Shown here: piece by piece, positions 39,867-49,703 of the stretch
How the letters are laid out: the number at the start of each line of letters is the position of its first letter
Numbering within the stretch: position 1 is the stretch's first letter
DNA from: Phaeosaccion multiseriatum
Taxonomy: Eukaryota > Protista > Ochrophyta, other classes
DNA: 64,000 nucleotides
Direction: 5' to 3'
NCBI GenBank assembly: GCA_965112735.1
Contig: OZ218955.1
Span: forward strand, 4,030,001-4,094,000
Position numbers and translations under genes: made by a program
The notes under the pieces: model-generated
The model's input: the letters and a program-made list of their open reading frames with translations, nothing else
What the model was told of the DNA's origin: nothing
Database searches by the model: none

Positions 39867-42800
39867 ATGCGCGTTATCAATGTGGATTGCATCATCGTCG
39901 GCGGAGGGATCGCTGGGCTCAGTGCAGGAAACACTCTGCAGCGGACCATCGGTGCCACGGGCATGGCCTTGGAGTATTTAGTTCTCGAGGCGGGAGACCG
40001 ATGGGGTGGGAGAGTACACACCCATCCCAGGGCCAAGGGGGTGGAGCTGGGGGCTCAGTGGCTGCACGGGACGGAAGGCAGTCCGCTGTTCGACTTCCTC
40101 GTGGAGGAGGGCGTGTACAGCGGCCACGACGCCTTCGTCAACGGAGACGAGCACGAGCAGGTGCGTGTGTTGCGGACGCCTAGTGGGTCACGGTGCTGTT
40201 TCTGCTGCTCCTGCCAAACGGCGGGCGGGGGGGGGGGGCGGGCTATGGCTTCTGTACTGTCCACTTCATTTCTTCTTGAGACTCCACTGCGAAACATGTT
40301 TGTCGAAGGACAAGTCTCTCCCTCTCTTTTTTTTTTTTTTTTATTAAGTCACTTGCCCTCCCACCACCAACAGAAACTCTTACTTCGGCCTCTGGTGGAC
40401 ATCGAAAATCGACGAGGTAAGGTGCGAGTGAAGATCGAGGGAAGGGATGTCAGCAGTCTTTCTCTTTCTTCTACCCTCTCTGTCTCCTCCCTCCCTCCCT
40501 CTCCACTCTCTCTCTCTCTCTCCTAGCCCCTCATTGCTCTCCTTCCCACGGACTTCCGATATGCCCGTATGCCCTCCTCAGGCGACGGAGAGCTTGTGTG
40601 TCCCGAGCTGCTGCACGAGACCAAGTGGGCGTGGGACGAAGCTGTAGAGGCTCTCGATAGCGTCGCCAGCGGTGGGGGGCAGCAGGAGATGGCGCCAGAC
40701 GCGCCGCTCGGGCCATTCCTGAGGGAACGGGTGGCGCAAACGCTCGGCAGGGAGCCTGACCCGAGTGAGTGGGTTGGAAGAGGGCGTGGGACAGGGGAAA
40801 ACTGAGGGCGGGACGGAGCGTCTTTCTTCCTCTCTCCTTCACTGACGCTGGTGCTCCGTCCCCCCTGTGACTCCCCCTGTGTGGTAGGCATCCTCGGCCA
40901 CCTGGAGAGGTGGCAGTGCTCTGTGGAGGGCTGCGCGAGCCTTGACGACGTGTCTCTCGCGGCGTACAAGAGCTACAGAGAGCTCGAGGGGGGACACGTG
41001 CGTGTGCCGGGTGAGCAAAGGGAGGTGGGCTGAGTGAGGGACAAAGGGGGGTTGGGGCGTGGGGGGCATGCAAGGGCATATCGATCGGTCTCTCCTGAGT
41101 GCGAAATGCAGCGAGGCATGTAGTTGTCCTCATCCTCAGCCGGCCTCCTGTTGTTCGCGCCCCTCCCCTATCACACGCATTTTATACCCCACGCATCCCA
41201 GGGGGCTTCTCGAGAGCGGCGGACGCCCTTGCGTCCAAGCTGCCCGCAGAACGAAAGCTCCTCCGCCACGAGGTGCACAAGATCCGCTGGGGCGGCACGG
41301 GGGGGGGGATGGCAGTGGATAGGGAGGAGGGCAGTTACGGCCCCGTAGAGGTGCACTGCCGCTGCCCGAGGAGGAGAAGAAGCAGGGGAGGAGGCGGTGA
41401 GCAACACGAGGTCGAAGAAGAGGAGGGCGAGGAGGAGGTGGTGTTCACCGCTGCGCACGTGATCGTGACGGTGAGCTTGGGAGTGCTCAAGGCGCAGGGG
41501 AGGGAGTGGTTCGAGCCGCCGCTGCCGAAGGAGAAGGTAAGTAAGTCAGTAAGTAAGTGAAATGGTGCTACTGCTCGGCCCCTCCCCTCTCGCTCTTCAC
41601 TCTCTGTCTGTCTTTTCTCGTCTCGCTGTCTCTGCCCCCGCTCCCCCCCCCACTCTCTCTCTCTGTGTGTGTGTCACACACGCCCACACTAACTGTATAC
41701 ATGCGCTCCTTCACCCCACCATATTCCTGTCTCAGTCACCCCACCACCCCCCTTGTCTCATTCTTACCCTACCTTCTCCCCTCTATGTCTCGGTTGATCT
41801 GTGCTCACTGCCTTATGGTCGACACCTCCATTCTGCCGTCATGGACGTATGGCCGGCCCCGCTCAGCTCAGCGCCATCGACAGGATGGGCTTTGGCAGCG
41901 TCGATAAGGTGTTCGTGCAGTGCTCTCGGAGCGAAGCAGTTAGCGATGCAGCATCACCAGCAGCAGTTGGGGATACAGCAGGTGCGAGCAGTCGCCTGTA
42001 AGTCTGGACTCGACGACAGCGTCTCTGACCTTTGACCTCTGACCAGAGCTTCCCGCCCTCTCCTGCGCCGTCTTGCCCCCTCCCGCCCAGGGAGGAAGGG
42101 CGCAATTGGCGGTTCAGGAGGGAAGGTCAGCGCAAACGTGGCTTTGTTCCGGCCCACCAACTTGAAGTCCAACTTCACGACCGACTTGAAGGATTCCTCC
42201 TCCTCCCCCTCGGCCCCTAAACCTAACGCCCCCGTGTCATCAGTGCAGACAACAGGGCAGACAGGGCAGACAGTCGGGGCCGGGACTGCACACTCCTCTC
42301 TAACCGTCGAAGGAGAAGAAGGAGAAGGAACAGCTGCCCCCTCCGCGTGGACGGATGGCGTGGGCAGCTTCCTGCGCGAGGAGAGCCCTGGGGAGCCTTC
42401 CTTTATGGTCAGTTGGCTTGCAGGAGAGGCGGCCGAGCGAATGGAACAGACCTCCCTAGAGGTGCGTATATAAACTCGTTGCGTATGTGACTGGTGAGGC
42501 TGAGCCTCTGTGATCTGTAACTGCCGTTCCCAGAGGGAGATGCACTGCCTCTGAGAGGGCTGAGGGCTTGGTGGTGTTCGAAGTGTTCGGCTGTTCAGGG
42601 TTGCTTGTTCTCCCTCTCTTGACTTGATATAGAAATGAGTCTACCGCTACACGCTCTCCCGGCGCCTCTCTCTTGCCTCTGGACGGGGCATTGGCAGTAA
42701 CGCACAACCCCTCCACCCTTCCCCTAACCTCCCCTCGGCTGTGGCTGTGTACAGGACATTGGGCGTGATTACACCGCCCTCCTTGAGCAAAGCACGGGCG

Positions 42801-43787
42801 GAGACAAGTGGGCCTTGGGCGCTCCCTCCGCCTGCACAATGCAGCAGAACCCCCCTCTAAAGGGGGAACTCCCGTCTCCCCCTCTGGAGGCGGTGCTGCG
42901 GTCGTCTTGGGCGTCGGACGAGCGCTTTCGGGGCTCTTACTCCTTCATCAGCCGGGCCTCCTCCGTTCAGGACATCCACGAGCTGCAAGCGCCTCTCCCG
43001 GGGGGCAGCGGGGAGGAAGAGCAGCTCATCCCGCGTGTGCTCTTTGCAGGTAGGACTCGCTGATGGGATGCGTGTATGGGCATGCGTGCGTGCGTGCGTG
43101 CGTGTTTGTGGCAGAGATGGTGGTAGATGGTGGTAGGCAAGAAGATGTCCCCTCCCTGCCCCAATGATGTAACCCCCTCCCGTCGTCCCTCTCCTCCTCT
43201 GGCCAGGCGAGGCCACCCACCCTTCCTTCTTCAGCACCACCCACGGGGCCTTTGCCAGCGGCCAGCGGGAGGCTCGAAGGGTTCTGGCGGTGTTTGGAAG
43301 CAAGGTGCGTCTGTTTGGGTCCCGTGCTTGCTCTGCTTGGGGCTCTTGCTGGACGCACGGACAAAGTCTCAGGCGCAGCAGGATTTTGTTGAGGGCGGAC
43401 TGGACCTACAGGGGCGAGGGACCTACAGGGGCGAGGGACCTACAGGGGCGAGGGGTGCCGCTTTCCTTCTCATTCGCTGCCGACTTCCATCTCTCGGCCT
43501 CACCCCCCCTTCCGCCCTCGCTGCCGGCCGGGTCGCTTTGCCGCAACCCCCCTTCCCGCCCGCCTCTCTGTCTGCCTGTCCAGGATGCAGTTGCTGCCTC
43601 TACCGGTGCTGCTACCGCTGCAGCAGGAGCTCCAGCGGTATCACCAACTGCTGATGCTACCGCGGGGGAGAGTACGTCGATGGCGGATGACAGAACAAAA
43701 GAAGGGGGAGAAGAGCGCTCAGGAAAAAAGACTGCGTTACTATTAGACAGTGCAGATGGCATAAAGGGAGAACGAAGTAAAAAATGA
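39867..43787 (+). CDS. FAD-dependent amine oxidase, polyamine/spermine oxidase family
   Basis: Rossmann motif IIVGGGIAGLSAG, then LEAGDRWGGRVHT, ELGAQWLHG, AAHVIVTVSLGVLK, FEPPLPKEK, AIDRMGFGSVDKVF, SSWASDERFRGSYS and [27 protein letters not shown]. Exons start at 39867, 40374, 40582, 40888, 41202, ~41867, ~42091, ~42754 and ~43207. The last segment (43305-43583) may be an in-frame intron. Confidence 0.9.
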
Positions 43788-43940
43788 GAAAACAACCAGA
43801 CCCAATATAAACCCGCGCCGCCCCTTGATGTAGCTTTTGATCTGGGCACTCTTCCTACTCAGCTTCTTGCCCCGACCCCCTGAAGAGAGGAAGCGAGAGA
43901 GAGAAAAAGAGCGAAAAATAGAGGGGGGAGACGACACAAG

Positions 43941-46694
43941 ATGCCAAAGCGCAAGCGGGCTGCTCTCAAGCCCAACGCTGGCCGCTCCGTGCGGAGGCCT
44001 GATTCCACGGGGGAATCAGGGGTTCCCGCGGCGATGGGGCTCCGCTTGACGCCCGAGCTTCTCAGCCTGTTCCAACAGGACGCAGAGGAGGATGGCTTGG
44101 GAACCTCGGGATCATCAGACGACGAGCAGCAGGGAGAGCAGGGGAAAGGGCGGAAGAAGCAGAGCCTGGCGGTCAGCGTGTCCTTCAATGCCTCGGGTAC
44201 GTGATTTTTTCTTCCTCTACTGCTACTCTGTGCCTGCCTGCTCCCCTCTCCCTCGCTCTCTTCTCTCCGACGCCCTCGCTTCCCTTCTCCCCTCCCTCAA
44301 GTCCCTCAATGACGAGACCTAATTGTCCTGCGCTCTGCCCTGCCCCCTTCAGGAGTACCCATTCTGGAGGTGAACGGCAAGGCCTATCCTCTTCAAGTGA
44401 GCTCTGAGGTGCCCTCCCGCGTGCAGGTGTACGAGGAGAGCCCAGACGGCAAGTCGCTGCAAGAGGTGGCCAACGTGCACCGCAAGCTCATCGTGCAGCA
44501 GGTGAGAGGGAGTGGACACGTTTTTTAAGATTGGCTTGCTCTGTCTACATCTACTTCCCCTGTTGAGGGGGAGCGGCTCACGTGGCCCTGCTTCAGTGTG
44601 CAACCATCCATATCCGGCACCCAAATTGTGCCCCCCGCTGGAGTGAACACCCTTCACCCCCGCGCCTTCCTCTTGAATCAACACCCTTCACCGTCGGCAG
44701 GGGCAAGCCCCCTGGCCCGATCGATCTTCTGACCCGCGCCCCTGTCCTTGGTGCCTCATCTTCCCACCTCAGGACCTCGACGAGAAGAAGAAGAAGGCCA
44801 TGCGCACCAAGACCAGCGAGGCCAGAGCGGGCCGCGACGCGCAGACGCTGCGCCAAGTGAAGGACGGCGGAAAGAGCACCCGCACCAGCAGCAGTCCCCG
44901 CCACGCGCTCAGCTTACTGGCAGCAGACAGAGACGGAGACAGAGACGGAGACGGGCTCCCGCCGCCCCCCCCCCTCGGTGCGAGAAAGAAGGCGTTGGAG
45001 GCGAACTCTGCGCAGGGCGGCAGCGGGGGTGGAGGGGGTGGAGGGGGCGGCGGAGGCAGTGGCAAGAAAAGGAAGCTTGCCTGCGGAGGGGTGTCAGGGG
45101 GGGCAGCGGGATCGGCAGCATCAGTGGTGTCAAGCCCCCCCTGCGCGGTGCACTTTCGGACGGTGCGCGTGACGGGCTTCACTGTGCGCACGACATACGA
45201 CTCCTACCACCAGGACCTCCTCGACTTCTTCCGCTCCCTGCCCATCGACAAGAAGGTGTGTGTGTGAGAGAGACAGAGGGAGCGAGTGGGGGTGAGTGTG
45301 CGAGAGAGAGCTGTATGGGCACTGCTTGGAGGGGAGGGGAGGGGAGGGGAGGGAGATGGCCACGGCTTGGAGAGGAGGGGGGTGGAGGGGTGGCCCGCCC
45401 TGCCTTGACTATGGCGCGTTCCTTCCACTATGGTGCGCCGCTGCTGTCCCACTTTGCACAAAGTGACGGTGGCTGTGTGACCAACTGCTGTGGATGTACT
45501 GTACGCAGGTGGGTATCATGGTGCCCTTCGGCGTGAAGGACCGCCGCGAGGAGGCGGGCGTGTGTGTTGGGCCGCAGCGGAGGGGAGAGTTCCTCGTGGC
45601 CTTCACCACTCTTGAAGCCGCGCAGCTCGCCGTGAAGAGGAGGTGAGAGGGAGGCAGAGAGGGAGAGGGAAAGGGAGACAGAGAGGGATGGAGACAAACA
45701 AGAGAGGGAGAGACAGAGAGAGATAGGTACAGACAGACATACGGACAGAGAGGGGGGTGCCATTCCCTTCTTGCAGGTGCAGGGCACGCACTTGGTGCAC
45801 TTTTGTATGCTTGCCTTTCCCTCCCTCTCTCCCCCTCTCTCAGTGCCATTCTCTCTCTCTCTCCCTCCATCTCGTTGTGTCCTTAGCAAGGAGGGCGTGC
45901 TGTACACGAGCAAGAGCGGCGAGCGGAGCAAGCGCAAGAACGTAACCGTCCGCGTGGCCTCAGTGTTCCAAGCGCAGGACGCAGTGCGCTTCGCCCCCCG
46001 CCTGTCCCCCGGCCAGACTCTGCCGCAGCTTGCCGCATCCATCACACCGCACCTGCCCCTGGGACTGCTTGGACACGCCGACGTGCGTGCGTGCGTGTCG
46101 GGATGGGCGGCGCTGGCCAAGTCCATCATGCTCGGGCAGGGCCCTCCCGCTGTGTACGTGAAGGTACTCACTGCCTCCCATGGGGCGGGCTTCAAGGAAA
46201 GCGATCCACGCAGTGTTGGTAGTAGCAGCAGTAGCGCTGGCAAGAGTGGACAGGACAAGGATGAAGGGGCGGAGGGAGCGGAAAGACGGGGCTTGGAGGA
46301 GCACATGCGGCGGCTCGACTCGGCTCTTCTCCTGCTCAAGGTACGGCAGCAGGCGCAGCAGCACCAGCAGGAGCAGCAAGGGCACCACAAGCCGGCCAGT
46401 AGCAGCAGCAGTAGCAGGGCCAGCAGCAGCAGGACCAGCTCCGCTTGGAGGAGGGCAGGCGCAGCAAAGGCCAGCGGCGGAGACGAGCCCAGCGAGGAGG
46501 AGAAGGCGGCGGAGAGGGCCCGGGCCGAGTCCAAGGCCAACATCAAGGCCCTCGGGTTCGCCATTCAGCTCGTCGACAAGGCCCGCTACGTGCTGGCCAA
46601 CACAGTGAGGTGCATGCGGAGGGAGGAGGTGGTAAAGGAAGCCGCAAAGCGAGCTGCAACGCAAGCTGCAAAGCAAGCTGCGCCGGGCACTTGA
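43941..46694 (+). CDS. Protein with an ELL-like N-terminal domain and a central RRM (qRRM-like) domain
   Basis: Exons 43941-44196, 44353-44501, 44773-45255, 45509-45642 and 45887-46694 join in frame. It starts with a basic NLS-like MPKRKR. AMGLRLTPELL...ILEVNGKAYPLQ...VYEESPDGKSLQEVANVHRKLIVQQDLDEKKKKAMRTKTSEA resembles the N-terminus of plant-type ELL proteins. RTVRVTGF...DLLDFFRSLPI...GI...RGEFLVAFTTLEAAQLAV resembles an hnRNP F/H-type RRM. Both domain calls are recalled similarity. Confidence 0.65.
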
Positions 46695-47114
46695 GCGCCG
46701 CTGCGCAAGGGGAAAGGAGCAAAGTCGAGGTGTCTGGAGAGGAGAGGAGGCGTTTCCATCTTCGGATGAGGCCGCCTGTCTCTCGTCGCCGTTGGACTTG
46801 TTAGTAGTACAATGTACATGTACAGCACCACCTGTGCCTCTCCCTTGGCGCAGACCAGCGAGAGGTGGGGTAGGATGTTGCAGTTTCAGCAGCATATATA
46901 TCTGCCGCTCTCTCATGTGCCCACCCCCCCTTCTCTGCGTCTAGGGCCGCGAGAGGACTCCTCCGGGAAACGCTCCGGCAGCGTTTCCTTCTCGGAGAGC
47001 CTTGCCTTACCGCCCAGTCCTCCCTACTGTACACACACCGACTGTAGTTTTTATCTGAGCTGTATTTTAAGTGTCAAGAGAGCGAAAAGCACCACCGGAG
47101 CATCCGGAGCATGC

Positions 47115-49403
47115 TTATTTGGCAGCCTTCTTGGCCTTGTGTCGGGCCACGCGGCGTCCACTGCGGGGGGGCGGGCGGACATGAGTCGGTCGAGACGAGA
47201 GGGGGGGGGGGGGTAGGTGGGGCGTCAGAATCGGTGCAGAACTGCAGGGCACTTGTGAAAAGGGAGTAGTGTGATGGAGACACAACCTCCCACCCCCCCC
47301 CCCCCGCTCCAACACTCGCATGACAAAGGTGTCTCTGAGTTCCCCCTCTGGGGCGGGGCCCAGCCACTGTGCCCTCATACTCACGTTCCCCGAATCTTGA
47401 GCCCGCGGTTCTTGGCCTCCTTCATTTGCTTTCGCGACGTCTCCTTCTTCTCGAGCAGCCCCTGGCGGATCAGGCGGTACTTGGGCTGTGAAGAGAGAGG
47501 GATGGATGGCAGTCAATGGAGGAGGCAAGACGGACAGACGGCAGTTAGGTGACAGTGATGCAATGTGGATGGAAGTAGAGAGACGGGCACAAGTGGGGAG
47601 GGAGGGACTTGCGCCTCAAAGCATCCGTCATCAACCGCTGTCGCAAGACTCACGCCGGTGTGAGGAGCCCATGTACTATGTCAACAAAAGAAATCGAAGG
47701 GCCCTGCCCCTGCCCCTCCTATCTAATATCACTGGCTCACCTCGAACTTCTTAGCGTCCTCCACGGTGTCGTAGATGAGGCAGAAGCCCGTGCTCTTTCC
47801 TCCTCCGAAGGCCGTCTTGAAGCCGTACAGCACCACCGCGTTCTGGTCCTTCACGTTCTTCTGCTTCTGCTCACATCGCATCCCAATACACCCACAGTGA
47901 GGTAGAGAAGCGAGGCAAAGACGCGAGAAACGTCCAACAAAAGAGGGGAGGGGGTGAGAAGCCGCGACAGAGGGGGGGGGGGGGACCGCCGTCCGCTTCA
48001 GAGGGAGACGCGGCCAACGCGGAGCGGGACATCGGCCAAAAAGGCCGTCCACGAATCTGAAAGCGCTTCGGCTCTGTGCATACGCCCTGTGCATGGCCTG
48101 CCCATGGCCTCTGTGTTTGTGTAATGAGGCCCAAAGTGGCGCCTTCTTTCCGTCCACCCTGTGTCCCTTTCGGGACCCTCTTTCCCGCCCCCTGCGACAA
48201 TGCTCCTTCCTGCCGTCTGTGCCGTCTGTGTCGCATATCCACTCAGCTAATCGTGAGCTGAACTCCTTCCCCTTCACCCTGCCTGTCTGCGGTCTGTTGC
48301 CTGGTGTGTCCACTCCTCACAGGGGGGGAGGGTCCCCAATGCCAACAGTGCTCAGCCTCAGCCCCCCCTCAAGCACCGAGCGGCACAGGGCTACAAGAGA
48401 TTTGGCCCATCGCCGCAAACATACACACGCACACGCGCGCACGCACTGACCTTGGCCATCAGCTCCTGGAGCTCCGCCTTTGGTACGTTCGCCCTGTTGG
48501 GGTGGATGATGTCCACGCACTGGGGAGGGGGGCGGGCAAGGGGGGAGGGCAGACGCGAGGCAGCATACGCAAAGAGGAGGGAGCAAAATAGGTCAGAGAC
48601 GTGCGCTGTCGAAGGCGTGAAGGCCAGTCAGGCCTGTCGGGTCTCCCCTCCGACAGCCGCAGCACACGAAGAGGGGACGACGCTCTGGAGTCTCCAGAGC
48701 CTTCCAGGCCAAGGGAAAGTCTATATCACAGTGCTGAAGTGCTGCCGGGGCTGCTTGTGCCGCGATATCCAGAGCTGCATGGCGTTGGGTAGCTTATCAG
48801 ATCACTCCCACACAGGGGTCCCGGGTCGAGCACATCCGAATCACACGGGAAGCCCAACCAAACCCCCATTGGGATCGACCTCTAGCACAGCCCACCCGCC
48901 TACTCACTGCCAGTACCGATAGAGGGAGCAGCGACGACGACTAAATGGGGCGGACAACCGCCCCGAGTCTAAGTCTAGCCTGCTGCTCCTGCTGCTGCTG
49001 CTGACTGCGGCTCGGCAGCTCCCTCTGACTTCGTAGCAGCAACGGCCACCCAAAGACACCGCATAGTGGAGGCCCGTCTGGCAAGGCACCAGCACCACAC
49101 AAACACCACTCTGACTGCTCTGCTCTTCCCTGCTGGTGCTGCTCCCCCTCTTCCCATCAATAACGTGCTCCTCCCTCGCTGGTGCTGCTGCTGCTGGAGC
49201 CACTACTGCGTCCAGATCAGTCAGGTTCCCACCCAGAGACGGAGCAGAAGTAGCAAGAGCAGCAGCCGCAGCGGTACCGCAGCAGCGCTCTTCCTGGTGT
49301 GGTCAAACCCTCAGCATAGCGTCCTTACCATCTGCCTCCTGGCGAGGAGAGCATTGCGAATGAACTTGCGGGTCCGAATCGTGACAGGGGCCTTGTCCGC
49401 CAT
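47115..49403 (-). CDS. RPS24: 40S ribosomal protein eS24
   Basis: Exons 49329-49403, 48451-48519, 47741-47866 (or 47860), 47385-47485 and 47115-47160 give [44 protein letters not shown]...[42 protein letters not shown]...[32 protein letters not shown]. There is a probable 5'UTR intron at ~49414-49485. Confidence 0.97.
48595..48870 (-). ncRNA. Candidate structured intronic RNA in RPS24 intron 1 (snoRNA-like or autoregulatory element)
   Basis: Several consecutive stems occur in non-repetitive sequence, and at least two pair fully only through G-U wobbles on the sense (-) strand. No canonical C/D or H/ACA boxes were identified. Confidence 0.35.
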
Positions 49404-49485
49404 TGCTGCTGCTCTGGAGGGGTAAGGGGGGGGGGATGTCAGTGGATAGGGGGGTGGTTGGCTGGAATGAAGCGCTCTCTCTCAC

Positions 49486-49703
49486 CTGCTCCTTAACAAA
49501 TTAGCTCTGCCACCGATCAGAGGCCAACCCCGGGGGCACAATCTGGTGGCTCATCCCGGCTCGGAGCCATACAGTTTCGGAAAAACATTTTCCGCCCAAA
49601 AAAAGAAAATAAGCCTGCGCCAACAGAGAGAGAGGGAGGCCGACACGTAGATAGAGAATGGAAAAGCAGTCTTTTCTGTCGTACAGCAGGTAGGTAGGAT
49701 ACC
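49486..49703. promoter_or_regulatory. Probable bidirectional promoter shared by RPS24 (-) and the kinesin (+)
   Basis: Head-to-head genes with only ~220 bp between the RPS24 5'UTR intron donor and the kinesin ATG; the interval is relatively A-rich. Inferred from geometry only. Confidence 0.5.

Noticed and set aside
41801-42001. Apparent premature stop / pseudogenisation of the amine oxidase
   Set aside because: A phase-1 GT-AG intron (~41982-42090) removes the stop and restores the frame.
44397-44426. 30-nt mini-intron (GTGAGC...GTGCAG)
   Set aside because: It is in frame and stop-free, and its residues fit the ELL-like pattern, so it is more likely coding.
48700-48960. RNase MRP on the + strand (GGAAAGTC ... 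AAATGGGGC)
   Set aside because: The two motifs do not form a proper P4 helix, and G-U pair bias favours structure on the opposite strand.
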